Part shown: positions 48,350-57,858 of the stretch, piece by piece
Numbering within the stretch: the stretch's first letter is position 1
Layout of the letters: every line of letters starts with the position of its first letter
Assembly (NCBI GenBank): GCA_045863235.1
Contig: BTUM01000002.1
Location: 128,001 to 192,000 of the forward strand
Source of the DNA: Candidatus Xenobia bacterium
GTDB taxonomy: Bacteria > Vulcanimicrobiota > Xenobia > Xenobiales > QWHO01
Length of the DNA: 64,000 nucleotides
Direction of reading: 5' to 3'
Made by a program: the position numbers and the translations under genes
Notes under the pieces: generated by a model
Databases searched by the model: none
What the model saw: only the letters and a program-made list of their open reading frames with translations
Told to the model about the DNA's origin: nothing

Positions 48350-48825
48350 TCTTCTTCAAGTCGGCGACGGGCGGCGCGATTCTCACGCATCGCCTCGTTG
48401 ATCATCTCATTGCCTTCCCAGATCACGCTCAATCCCTGATCGATCAGGTGGGCGTCTCCTGACTCGGAGAAGTGGTAGAGCGCTTCCAGGCCCTCCTCGA
48501 ATTTCTCCACCCCGGTCATGCCCAGGTTGACTTCCTCATTGCCGTAATCGTAATAGCCCGTCTCGCGGACGTAGCTAACGATGCCCTCTTTGTGCTTCTC
48601 CAGAAACTCGAACAAATTCTTGATGAACTCGCCGAATTCGGAGGCCGACCACTGACCGGAGCGGGCCTTCTCGGCTGCGTCTCGGATCTGCTCGTAGCGG
48701 CCGGTGATGTGGCCCGTGCCACTGGAGACAGAAGTGGCGTCGATCTTGGGCAAACGGGCATTGCACTGGACGCAAAATCCAGTGCCAGTCTCATTGGCGT
48801 GACCACAACTCAGACAGACGATCAT
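48334..48825 (-). CDS. Zn-ribbon-domain hypothetical protein
   Basis: CLSC...CVQC at the N-terminus, then a helical domain. Confidence 0.75.
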   Translation of the reverse strand: MIVCLSCGHANETGTGFCVQCNARLPKIDATSVSSGTGHITGRYEQIRDAAEKARSGQWSASEFGEFIKNLFEFLEKHKEGIVSYVRETGYYDYGNEEVNLGMTGVEKFEEGLEALYHFSESGDAHLIDQGLSVIWEGNEMINEAMRENRAARRRLEEEWGYM

Positions 48826-48884
48826 CGACTAGACAACTTCGAGCGATTGCCTTTCAACAAGTCCCCCTAAGTCTCCCTTCCCCC

Positions 48885-49556
48885 TCATCCGGTTGCCAGA
48901 CGCCCCCCTTCCAGGTAGTACACCTGTTCGGCGTAGGCAGCCACGGCCGGGTCGTGCGTCACCAGCACGACGGTGACCTTCTGGGTATCGTTAATCGACT
49001 TGAGGACCTGCATCACCTCTTTGGTGGCGCGCCCATCCAGGTTGCCGGAGGGCTCGTCTGCCAGGATCAGGCGGGGGAGATTGGCCAGTGCCCGGGCGAT
49101 GGCTACCCTCTGCTGCTGGCCTCCGGACAGGCTGTTCACGGGCTGGTTGGCCCTCTGATCCAGACCCACCGCCTTGAGCAGCATGACGGCCCTTTCGTCG
49201 CGCTCGCTGCGCCGCAAGGAAGCCAGTTGCATGGGCAGGATCACGTTCTCGAAGACGGTCAGGGTGGGCAACAGGTTGTAGTTCTGAAAGACGAATCCGA
49301 TGTGGCGCAGGCGGATGCGCTCGCGGGTCGTCTCGTTGGCATTGGCGACATCGCGGTCCTCCAGGATCACCTGCCCGAAGGTGGGGCTGTCCAGACAGCC
49401 GATCAGATTCAGCAAGGTGGTCTTGCCCGAGCCCGAGGGGCCCATCAGCGACACGAAGGCCCCCGAGGGAATGTGCAGCGTCACGTTTTCGAGCACCTTC
49501 ACCGGACCGGCCGGAGACTCGTAGTACTTGTGGACGGCGTTGAGGCGAACGTGCAT
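48885..49556 (-). CDS. LolD/MacB-type ABC ATP-binding protein
   Basis: [29 protein letters not shown]. Confidence 0.95.
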   Translation of the reverse strand: MHVRLNAVHKYYESPAGPVKVLENVTLHIPSGAFVSLMGPSGSGKTTLLNLIGCLDSPTFGQVILEDRDVANANETTRERIRLRHIGFVFQNYNLLPTLTVFENVILPMQLASLRRSERDERAVMLLKAVGLDQRANQPVNSLSGGQQQRVAIARALANLPRLILADEPSGNLDGRATKEVMQVLKSINDTQKVTVVLVTHDPAVAAYAEQVYYLEGGRLATG

Positions 49557-50705
49557 TCAGTCCCAGCGCAATCCATCCACGATCTTCAACCGCCAGACCA
49601 GCACCGCCGGGATGGCGGCCCCGACCAGCCCGACAAAGCAAGACAGGAGGAGAGCCTCCCCTACCAGGACCAGAGTGACCTGAGCCAGGGGAAAGGTCAG
49701 CTTGAACAGCACGAGCACGGCCCGATCGAGCAGATAGGATGCCAACCAGCCGAAAAAGATCCCCAGCATCCCGCCGGCCAGGCTCAAGAGTACCGACTCT
49801 GCCATGATCATGAGCACGACCACCGTGCGACTGGCCCCGATGGCGCGCAGGGTGGCGAACTCCCGCAAACGCTCATAGGTGGACATCAGCATGGTGTTCA
49901 TGGCGGCGGTGATGGCGATCAGAACACCGATGGCGGCGATGCAGAATTGCAGCAACCAGACGTATTTGATGTAGTCGCTCGCCACCCCCATGTACTGGGC
50001 CTTGGTGAGAGCGTGAGCCCCGGGGATCCCGAGCTGGTTGATTCGTCGGGCCACCTCGGGAGCCGAGTAGGGATCGCGCAGCTTGATCCAGACCTCCTGC
50101 ACACCCCTGGCATTGGTCTCCTGAATGGCTGTCTCCAGGGGCATATAGACGAAGTAGTCCTGAAAGCTGCCCAGCCCCGAGCGCACCAGACCGGAGACAA
50201 CGTAGCGGTTCTGGCCGTTTTGCAGGGAGGAGCCCTGAGCCAACGCCTCGTTGACCGCCAGCCCTTCTCCCAGCATCACACGCCCGGGTCCCAGGGGATC
50301 GCCCACAAAGGTGAGACCGGGAAAGAAGACACCCATCTGGCCCGGATCCAGCGCGATGACCGGCATGACCGCCGTGCGGCCGGTCCAGGCCTGGCGGATC
50401 ACTCCACCTGCCGTGTCCACCTGCTCGAACTTCCTGATCTCGTCCAGCCAGGTCAGGGCGATGGTGTCGCTGGAAAGGCCCAGCGTTCCCACCGGCCCGG
50501 TCGGCAGCGGCACAGCCGAGTGAGGCAGCACGTAGACTTGCACGTCTCGCCCGTCCAATTCGTTGACCACGCGGCGATACAACCCCTCGGCCAGGGAAAG
50601 CAGGGCCACGAACGAGCCCACCGCAAGCAACACTCCGATCAGAGTGAGCAGGCTGCGCTCGCGGTTGCGAACCACGTTCCGAAAGGCCAGGCTGAGAACG
50701 ATCAT
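49557..50705 (-). CDS. MacB/FtsX-family ABC permease
   Basis: RNRERSLLTLIG, ERLREFATLRAIGA; start MIVLSLA overlaps the mpg stop. Confidence 0.92.
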   Translation of the reverse strand: MIVLSLAFRNVVRNRERSLLTLIGVLLAVGSFVALLSLAEGLYRRVVNELDGRDVQVYVLPHSAVPLPTGPVGTLGLSSDTIALTWLDEIRKFEQVDTAGGVIRQAWTGRTAVMPVIALDPGQMGVFFPGLTFVGDPLGPGRVMLGEGLAVNEALAQGSSLQNGQNRYVVSGLVRSGLGSFQDYFVYMPLETAIQETNARGVQEVWIKLRDPYSAPEVARRINQLGIPGAHALTKAQYMGVASDYIKYVWLLQFCIAAIGVLIAITAAMNTMLMSTYERLREFATLRAIGASRTVVVLMIMAESVLLSLAGGMLGIFFGWLASYLLDRAVLVLFKLTFPLAQVTLVLVGEALLLSCFVGLVGAAIPAVLVWRLKIVDGLRWD

Positions 50706-51280
50706 GCCGGCCTCCGGCTCACCCAGGGACTGCCCGAGTGAAAGAACCGCCAGGGCCGTTCGACCGCCTGGCGGATGCCGATGCGGGGCCCGCTGCTGAT
50801 GCTGGTCGTAGCCTGGCTTGCGCCCAACCAATCGAGCATGCAGGTGCCGTTGTGCGTGAGATCGACCGCCAGCGCCTGGCATAGCCGGCCCGGCCCACTG
50901 GCCAGCAGACGAAGCTGGGCGCGGCCCCGCCGAGTGACCATGGACTCCAGCCCCAGGCGGGGCTCCAGGGCTCGCAGAAGCACCGCCCCGGCTCGCCCGG
51001 GGGGATGGGCCACCACGTTCAAGCAGAAGTGATTCCCGTAGATGAAGTAGACGTAGGCCCGGCCCGGCTCTTCGAACATGGCCCGGTTGCGGCGAGTGGG
51101 GCCTCGAAAGGCATGCGAGGCCGGATCGTCGCTGTCAGTATAGGCCTCGGTCTCGACCAGCGGGCCACCGACACCCTGGTGGAGCAACCAGACTCCTACC
51201 AGGTCACGGGCCACTTCCACCGTTTCGCGCTCAAAGAAAGAACGGCTCAGGGCGGTCAGCGGAGGAGGCTCAGGCTCCAC
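50702..51280 (-). CDS. mpg: DNA-3-methyladenine glycosylase
   Basis: VETEAY, YVYFIYGNHFCLN, AVLLRA, GPGRL, PRIGI; GTG start inferred. Confidence 0.93.
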   Translation of the reverse strand: MEPEPPPLTALSRSFFERETVEVARDLVGVWLLHQGVGGPLVETEAYTDSDDPASHAFRGPTRRNRAMFEEPGRAYVYFIYGNHFCLNVVAHPPGRAGAVLLRALEPRLGLESMVTRRGRAQLRLLASGPGRLCQALAVDLTHNGTCMLDWLGASQATTSISSGPRIGIRQAVERPWRFFHSGSPWVSRRPA

Positions 51281-53015
51281 GCCAGGCGCCTTCCTTCTGG
51301 GCCAGATAGCGCTTGAGGTCAGCCAGGCCAAGGCTATTGAGCACGTTCTCGGGTGTAGCCCAGGCCCGCCGGGCCACACCAACGCCCAGAGCCAGGTAGT
51401 CGAGATGCTCCGAGGAGTGAGCGTCGGCCCCGATGGCCAGCATGGCGCCGAGCTCGCGGGCACGCCGAGCCTGGATGTCGCGCAGGTCAAGCCGGTTGGG
51501 GTAGCCGTTGATCTCCAGGGCGGTGCGGCAGCGAGCCGCCGTCTTGTAGATCTCCTCCCAATCCATGTCGTAGCCGGGTCGGCGGCCGAGCAGGCGCCCA
51601 CTGGGGTGGCCCAGGACGTCGACGTGAGGGTTCTGGATCGCCTTGAGCACCCGAGCGGTCATCTCGTCCTTCCCCATCTGCAGGTGGGAATGCACCGACG
51701 CGACGACCACGTCGAGCTGAGCCAGGATTTCGTCGGAGTAGTCGAGCTGACCATCCGGCCTGATGTCCACCTCGCTCCCCCAGAGCAGCGTCACTCCCAG
51801 GTTGAGGGCGTTGACCCGATCGATCTCGACTTTCAGCTGACGCAGCCGATCCACATCCAATCCATTGGCCACTCCCACCCAGGGCGAGTGATCGGTGATG
51901 GCCAGGTACTCCAGTCCGAAGCGCACGGCGGCCCGAGCCATCTCCTCGACGGAGTGTTGCCCGTCCGACCAGGTCGTATGGGCGTGCAGGTTGCCCTTGA
52001 GGTCTGCCACCGTCACCAGGCGAGGGAGCTGGTGTTTTTCAGCCAGGTCGATCTCGTTGAAGCCCTCCCGGAGCTCAGGTGGGATCAGATCCAGCCCCAG
52101 CATCCGATAGATCTCCTCCTCGGTGCGCGAGGCGAGGTTCTGACCTGACTCGTCAAAAAGGCCATACTCGTTGAGCTTCCACTTGTTCTTCTCGGCTCGC
52201 ACTCTCAGGCTCACGTTGTGGTCCTTGGAGCCGGTAAAGTACTGCATGGCCGCCCCGAAGGACTCGGCCGGAACCACGCGCAGGTCGACCTGCAGGTTCT
52301 TGGAGTAAAGGAGAGACGATTTGGTTTCGCCCCGAGCCAGAATGCGGTCGGGCGACACCAGCGAGCAGAAGGTCTCCATGATCGGACCAGAGTCAGCGGC
52401 CACGCAGACCAGGTCGAGATCCCCCACGGTCTCCTTGCCTCGTCGGGCCGATCCGGCCACCTCCAGGCGCTCCACGCCGGGCACCTGGCTCAGACTCTCG
52501 ATCAGGGTCGCCACGATAGCCCGGGCGCGTGGCAAAGGCATGCGCTCCTCGCCCTGACTTGCCCGCAGACGCTTGAGCCCTTCGGCCAGGTTGGCCTCGG
52601 TCTTGGCTCCGAAGCCCTTCAGGTCGCGCAGGGCTCCCTCCTGAATGGCACGCTCCAGGTCGGCCAGGCTACCCACCCCCAGCTCGTGATAGAGCACGGC
52701 GGCCTTCTTTGGTCCCAGGCCGGGGACGGTGATCAACTCGAGAATCTGACCCGGGAACTCGGCCCGCAACTCCTCGTGCAGGGTCATCTTGCCATTTTGC
52801 AGCATTTCGCCGATCTTCTCGGCGATGGCCTTGCCGATGCCGGGAATCTCCGTCAGACCACCTTCCTCGGCCAGGGTGGCCAGGGGACGGTCCAGGCTCT
52901 GGATCGTACGCGCCGCCCTCTGGTAGGCTTTGATCTTGAAGGGGTTCTCCCCCTTGAGCTCGAGGAAGTCGGCGATCTCTTCGAAAGTGCGGGCCACCGC
53001 CTGATTGTCGACCAT
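51270..53015 (-). CDS. polX: DNA polymerase X / PHP exonuclease
   Basis: GENPFK, GIGK, AGSARR...GDLD, YFTGSK, HAHTTWSDG, ITDHS, DAH. Confidence 0.95.
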   Translation of the reverse strand: MVDNQAVARTFEEIADFLELKGENPFKIKAYQRAARTIQSLDRPLATLAEEGGLTEIPGIGKAIAEKIGEMLQNGKMTLHEELRAEFPGQILELITVPGLGPKKAAVLYHELGVGSLADLERAIQEGALRDLKGFGAKTEANLAEGLKRLRASQGEERMPLPRARAIVATLIESLSQVPGVERLEVAGSARRGKETVGDLDLVCVAADSGPIMETFCSLVSPDRILARGETKSSLLYSKNLQVDLRVVPAESFGAAMQYFTGSKDHNVSLRVRAEKNKWKLNEYGLFDESGQNLASRTEEEIYRMLGLDLIPPELREGFNEIDLAEKHQLPRLVTVADLKGNLHAHTTWSDGQHSVEEMARAAVRFGLEYLAITDHSPWVGVANGLDVDRLRQLKVEIDRVNALNLGVTLLWGSEVDIRPDGQLDYSDEILAQLDVVVASVHSHLQMGKDEMTARVLKAIQNPHVDVLGHPSGRLLGRRPGYDMDWEEIYKTAARCRTALEINGYPNRLDLRDIQARRARELGAMLAIGADAHSSEHLDYLALGVGVARRAWATPENVLNSLGLADLKRYLAQKEGAWRGA

Positions 53016-53062
53016 AGGGGGTGAAGGTTCGCAGACGAGGAGGGGGATCCTTTACACGCCCG

Positions 53063-54193
53063 TCAACAGGCTACCTGATTCCGCCCGTTCCTCTTGGCTT
53101 TGTAGAGAGCCTTGTCGGCCGCCTTCACCACGCGCTCGGGGGTGGGCAGTTTGTCGTTCTTCTGGGCCACCCCGATGCTGATGGTGACGCTGACCTTCTG
53201 ACCTGAGCCTCGGCGAGGCTTCAGATTGCGAGGCTTCTTTTTGGGCCGGTCAGCCCCTCGCAAGACCATGGGAGTGCCCTCGATCATCTGACGCAGATCC
53301 TCGAGCGGCTCCCAGGCCTCGTCCAGGGTGCGACCTGGAAAGACCATGGTAAACTCCTCGCCACCGTAGCGAAAGGCGCGAGCGCCGCCGGAAGCCCGAC
53401 GCATGCGCGACGCCACAAGCCGCAGCACCTGGTCGCCCACGTCATGGCCGTAGCGGTCATTGAAAGACTTGAAATGATCCACGTCCAGCATGGCGATGGC
53501 ATAGGTACCGCGCAGGCGAGAGAGCTCCTCCTGGAGGGCCCGACGGCCAGGCAGCTCGGTCAGCTCGTCCAGATAGGCCAGTCGGTAGCTGTGCTGAACC
53601 AGGGCCAGCAGGACGGACAGGGCGCTGGACGCGATCAAGAGCTCCGGACTGGTCGGCGACTGGAGTGCCAGCAGGGCACCGGCGGCCACCACAAGCTGGG
53701 AAGCCTCCAGCGCCCCCCCGGTGCGAATGGCCATCCACAGCAGGCTGCCCAGGGCCAACAGGGCCAGCGCCACCGGCACGGGCTCGACCACCAGAACTTC
53801 CCAACGTCTCAGAATTCCGTCCTGAAGAGGACCCGAAAGCCAGTGCAGGGTGGTGGCCTGCAAGGCCAGGGCCAGCACCCAGGTCAACTCGGCCTGAGCC
53901 CATAAGGTCAACAGGAAGAGGTTGAGTGGCACCAGCACGGCCAGCAGCGACTGGGGTAGGTCCCAGCGCGGCAGCACGGCCAGACTGACCAGCAAGGAGA
54001 GTGCCAGACCCGGACGGTGGAAGCGCAGGGCCAGCAGGCCCGCGCAGGCGACCAGCACGAGGGGGGCACGCTCGAGCCAGGAACGCTGAGCGGAAAACAG
54101 CTGATCGAGCCATGGGGAGGTGGCCAGAGCCACCAGCAAGGGGGCCGCTGCCAGGCTCAGGGCACGAAAAAACTTCTGCAGCTTCGGGCGCAT
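53063..54193 (-). CDS. membrane-bound diguanylate cyclase
   Basis: TM N-terminus, DELTELP, DVDHFK, RYGGEEF; no RxxD I-site. Confidence 0.92.
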   Translation of the reverse strand: MRPKLQKFFRALSLAAAPLLVALATSPWLDQLFSAQRSWLERAPLVLVACAGLLALRFHRPGLALSLLVSLAVLPRWDLPQSLLAVLVPLNLFLLTLWAQAELTWVLALALQATTLHWLSGPLQDGILRRWEVLVVEPVPVALALLALGSLLWMAIRTGGALEASQLVVAAGALLALQSPTSPELLIASSALSVLLALVQHSYRLAYLDELTELPGRRALQEELSRLRGTYAIAMLDVDHFKSFNDRYGHDVGDQVLRLVASRMRRASGGARAFRYGGEEFTMVFPGRTLDEAWEPLEDLRQMIEGTPMVLRGADRPKKKPRNLKPRRGSGQKVSVTISIGVAQKNDKLPTPERVVKAADKALYKAKRNGRNQVAC

Positions 54194-54242
54194 GCTTGAT
54201 CAGGATTCAACGCGAGCTGCGGGGCACCCTCTGTACAAAGAC

Positions 54243-54267
54243 TCAGCCGGCCTGATCGGCCGGCTGA
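54243..54267. terminator. hairpin downstream of the AMIN-like gene
   Basis: TCAGCCGGCC-TGATC-GGCCGGCTGA perfect 10-bp stem. Confidence 0.6.
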
Positions 54268-54285
54268 TTCTTGGCGAGTGTAGAG

Positions 54286-54741
54286 TTAGCGGCCTGCAGC
54301 CGGGTTCTTGTCGCGCATGTGGTAAGGATCGATCTTCAGGGTCACCGAGTGGCCGTCCGAGAAGACGGTATAATTTGGCCAGGCGACGACATCCACAAAG
54401 ACCCGCACCGTGCCACCGAGAGGGCGAACCCGAACGTTGGCGACCAGACCCTCGTCCACCGAGAGCTTGGACATCGGCTCTTTGCCGGCGACCAGATGGG
54501 CCGGAGACACGTCCACCACGATGTTGCGGTAGTCGTCAGCACCAGGAGGTCGATGGTACACCCGATAGCTGATGGGGCCGTTGGCCTGCACCTTGACGTA
54601 GACGTGCTTGGCGCCCTTGGCCACGGTCACGTTGGTCACGGCCGCAGCATGCGCGACCCGAAGGCCGACCCAGCTCGCCAGCCCGATTGCCAGGAGCAGG
54701 GTCAGGAATGCCCGGCTCCGGCCTTGAAAGATTCGCGTCAT
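54286..54741 (-). CDS. secreted AMIN-like domain protein
   Basis: Signal peptide ending AHA, IVVDV...VANVRV...TVRVFVDV pattern; SD AAAGGAG. Confidence 0.7.
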   Translation of the reverse strand: MTRIFQGRSRAFLTLLLAIGLASWVGLRVAHAAAVTNVTVAKGAKHVYVKVQANGPISYRVYHRPPGADDYRNIVVDVSPAHLVAGKEPMSKLSVDEGLVANVRVRPLGGTVRVFVDVVAWPNYTVFSDGHSVTLKIDPYHMRDKNPAAGR

Positions 54742-54928
54742 GAACTTCTCCTTTCGTTTCCGGCGACATTGGGATGGCCTTCAAGCTTCTCCCAAAACAC
54801 CGTGGCATTCGCAGGCCTTTCGAGCGATTCCTCCAGAGGATGAGAGGCTGACGAAGTGGAACTCCGGGGCCGAATCTTGCCGCCGGTAGCGCAAGAAATT
54901 CTTTCCAACTCGGGGGAGGCCCCTCAAA

Positions 54929-55930
54929 ATGCAGCGAGAAGCCGAAGTTTTGCGGGCACTGCTGGATGTGAGCCGGATCATCGCATCCAACTATCCCATG
55001 CCGGACGTGATCAAGCGCATCACCACCAAGTTGCGCGGCATTCTCAAAGCCGATGAGTGCTCCATCATGATCCTCGACGAGAGCCAGCAACATCTGGCTT
55101 TTGTCGAGTCCTCCGGGTTGACGCGCTGGGAGCTCGACAACATTCGCTTCCGGGTGGGCGAAGGGGTGGCCGGCTGGGTGGCCAGGCACAAGAAACCCGT
55201 CGTGATCCCTCGGTTGAGCGAAGATCCCCGTTTCATGCCGGTCAAAGAGCAGAAACGACCAATGATCAGCATGATCTGCGTGCCGCTGATCATCAAGCAA
55301 CGCTTGATCGGGGTCGTGACCCTGACCACCCGCCACGAAGACCACATCTTCTCGCAGGAAGACCTGGAGCTGACCGTACTGCTCTCAGCCCATGTCTCCT
55401 TGATGCTCGAGAACAACCGGCTCTATGAGATCTCGGTACTCGACGGTCTGACCAATCTCTACAACCGTCGCTACATGGAGCAGCGGCTCGACAAGGAGCT
55501 GTCCTACGCCCGACGCTTTCACCATCCCCTCAGCTTTTTCATGGTCGACATCGACTGGTTCAAGAAGCTCAACGACACTTACGGACACCAGGCAGGGGAC
55601 GCAGTGCTGCGCATCGTCAGCGAGCTCTTCACCAAAGCCCTGCGCGAGTACGACATCGTCGCGCGCTATGGGGGCGAGGAGTTTGCCGTGATCTTGCCCT
55701 CGACACCCCGCTCCAAGGCGGCCAGCATCGCCGAGCGGCTGCGGGCCTCGGTGGCCGAAGAGGACGTCTCCCACCAGCACCAGCTGATCCCGGTCTCGGT
55801 CAGCGTGGGGGTGGCCACCTACCCTGAAGACGGTCAGTCCAGCGAGGCTCTCATCGCCAAGGCCGACCGGGCCCTCTACCGGGCCAAGCGCAGCGGTCGC
55901 AACCGGGTCGTGCTCGCGGACGACGATTGA
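54929..55930 (+). CDS. GAF-domain diguanylate cyclase
   Basis: GEGVAGWV, DPRF, CVPL (GAF); DGLT, REYD I-site, RYGGEEF. Confidence 0.95.
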   Translation: MQREAEVLRALLDVSRIIASNYPMPDVIKRITTKLRGILKADECSIMILDESQQHLAFVESSGLTRWELDNIRFRVGEGVAGWVARHKKPVVIPRLSEDPRFMPVKEQKRPMISMICVPLIIKQRLIGVVTLTTRHEDHIFSQEDLELTVLLSAHVSLMLENNRLYEISVLDGLTNLYNRRYMEQRLDKELSYARRFHHPLSFFMVDIDWFKKLNDTYGHQAGDAVLRIVSELFTKALREYDIVARYGGEEFAVILPSTPRSKAASIAERLRASVAEEDVSHQHQLIPVSVSVGVATYPEDGQSSEALIAKADRALYRAKRSGRNRVVLADDD

Positions 55931-56484
55931 GCGATAGCTCGCTCAGGCGTTGCCACGGCCACCATGGTGCCATTGGAAAGCTCGAACCACTGGCTGACGC
56001 CACGCCCCGTGCGCCGGTCGATCTCGAGTCGGCGGTAACCGTGGGATGCACCCTGGTACTGGACGGCAAAGAGACGGTCCTCCGCCAGGCTAATCTCGCG
56101 CAGGCCAGGCACGAAGCGGTGTTGCCACAGGCGGCCCCCCGTGAGGGCGCTCAGAGCGGTCAGGTGGCCTGAGGTGCCGCGGGGACCCACGGCCATGGTG
56201 GAGTGGTCGCCCAGCGCGAAGGCGTAGACTGCCTCGCGGTCGGCCAGCAGCGTTTCCGCCCCGAAGGGCCCCGCCATGGTCTTCCACAGCGGCCTGCCGG
56301 TTTCTTCATCCAGAGCCACCACCCGATTGCCTTCGGCCACGAAGACCCGCCCACCGGCCTGGGTCATGGCCCGAGGCTGAGCCAGCCGAAACGACCACAG
56401 CTCTCGTCCAGTCTCGTCGAAGCAGCGCAGGAAATGACGGGCCCGCAGGCCGCCCTCACAGGTCAAAACGACACGGTGCATCAT
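55876..56484 (-). CDS. PQQ-like beta-propeller repeat protein
   Basis: DETGRELW, ALDEETGRPLW, ALSALTGGRLW repeats; SD GGGAGG. Confidence 0.75.
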   Translation of the reverse strand: MMHRVVLTCEGGLRARHFLRCFDETGRELWSFRLAQPRAMTQAGGRVFVAEGNRVVALDEETGRPLWKTMAGPFGAETLLADREAVYAFALGDHSTMAVGPRGTSGHLTALSALTGGRLWQHRFVPGLREISLAEDRLFAVQYQGASHGYRRLEIDRRTGRGVSQWFELSNGTMVAVATPERAIAQSSSASTTRLRPLRLAR

Positions 56485-56566
56485 GGTTGCTCGCCTCCCT
56501 TTCGAAAGGAGAAACAAGCTGTCGCAGGGCCGGGTTCCAGGTCATGTTACAGGAGTGTAAAAAGCG

Positions 56567-57277
56567 TCAGGTGAGATCGGCCACCACGCGCACCCCATTG
56601 AGCTGAAGGTGGTAGAGGAACACCAGGTGGAGCAACTCCCCGTCGTGAGGCATGGCGCCCAGACCGCGAGCCATCTCGACCGGCAAGTCGTAGGTCTGCA
56701 CGGCGCTGGCCGGCACCACGACCTCCCAGGGAAGATGCTTGACGTTGGCCCACAGGCGGAGCTCGAGAGCCAGCAGGTAAAGACACAGGTCGCTGCAGTC
56801 GCCCATGGCGATCATCCGGGTACGATGGCGCGCAATCAGATGCTCGTGCAATCCCGTGCCGTGGTGAGAGCTCAGGGAGCGCTTGGGAAAGTGCTTGAAG
56901 TGCTGGGCGAAGGGCAGGCCGGATAGCTCGGGGACGGTTTGAGCCTGAGAGCTGCCTTCCACGCAATGGGGCGGAAAGGCATGGAACTCGGGGCTATCGG
57001 GGGGATGGCTGTCCTGTGGGAAGAGAAAGTCGCGCACACCCAGCTCATGGGCACGGGCCAGGATGCGGGCCACGGCCGGCACCACGCCCTGGATGCGAGG
57101 ACTGGCCAGGGGACCCTCCGAGCAGAATCCCCGAACCATGTCCACCGTAATGCAGGCCACATGCTCGGGACCGCCCGCCTCCCCTACCAGCTTTTCCAGC
57201 TCCAGCACGGGCCAGCTGGCCTGTAACTCGATCAGGTAGTTGAGAAAGGGGGTGAAACGCTGGATCACTTCCGCCAT
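56567..57277 (-). CDS. isochorismatase/nicotinamidase-family cysteine hydrolase
   Basis: VDMVRGF, QDSH, PPHC, K...GDCSDLC. Confidence 0.9.
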   Translation of the reverse strand: MAEVIQRFTPFLNYLIELQASWPVLELEKLVGEAGGPEHVACITVDMVRGFCSEGPLASPRIQGVVPAVARILARAHELGVRDFLFPQDSHPPDSPEFHAFPPHCVEGSSQAQTVPELSGLPFAQHFKHFPKRSLSSHHGTGLHEHLIARHRTRMIAMGDCSDLCLYLLALELRLWANVKHLPWEVVVPASAVQTYDLPVEMARGLGAMPHDGELLHLVFLYHLQLNGVRVVADLT

Positions 57278-57321
57278 CCCGCCAACGATTTTTTCTCGCT
57301 TTCGAAATCCCTGCGACGGCA

Positions 57322-57349
57322 AGAGACCCGGCCTTACGGCCGGGTCTCT
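57322..57349. terminator. hairpin downstream of the small Cys4 protein gene
   Basis: AGAGACCCGGCC-TTAC-GGCCGGGTCTCT perfect 12-bp stem. Confidence 0.75.
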
Positions 57350-57378
57350 CAGCCATCCTGGGTCACCCTTCAGGGGGG

Positions 57379-57600
57379 TTACTGACCGGAAGCCACCGCT
57401 TCCGGCAAGGCGTAGTCACTCAGCGCCTCTTCAGCGATGACGCGTGAGGCGCAACGTGGAACCGCACGGCCTCCAGAGGTTACGCAGCGGGTCACAACTT
57501 GACGGAAGGCGCCCTGACCTCTGCGCCAGACCGTGAGCTTCTCTGTAATCGTCCAACCTTTGCAGACGGGGCACAGGTCCTTGCTGCGAAGGTGGTCCAT
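57379..57600 (-). CDS. 73-aa putative Zn-binding small protein
   Basis: MDHLRSKDLCPVCKGW...RC-x10-C; GGTGA just upstream of the ATG; own downstream terminator. Confidence 0.6.
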   Translation of the reverse strand: MDHLRSKDLCPVCKGWTITEKLTVWRRGQGAFRQVVTRCVTSGGRAVPRCASRVIAEEALSDYALPEAVASGQ

Positions 57601-57830
57601 TTCACCGGGAAGAACCTCTCCCAGCCGCCAGGTCGGGTTCGGTCGAACCCGAAGACTGGAAGGAATGGTGATGTAGTTGGGGTTGATAGGACTCAATGGA
57701 TCACCCCCGGTGACCTCAGTTCGTGGCGACCGATCTGAGCGAACCGGACGTGATGGCTGCGTGCTAATGTCAGCACCTCCGTGGTCTTGATGCCCGTCCA
57801 CATCGTGAATGGGCCTCCCCAATCAGATAA

Positions 57831-57857
57831 GACGCAGAAGGTAGGCAAAAAGTTTCC
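57831..57857 (-). promoter_or_regulatory. ECF-sigma-type promoter
   Basis: Minus strand GGAAAC (57857-57852), 17-nt spacer, CGTC (57834-57831). Confidence 0.55.
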
Positions 57858-57858
57858 C

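Noticed and set aside
57601..57825. Assignment of the leader to SAM or c-di-AMP riboswitch families
   Set aside because: Only short fragments resemble them (ATCAAGA, GGGGTGA, CCGAACCCG), and the conserved cores are not in the required order.
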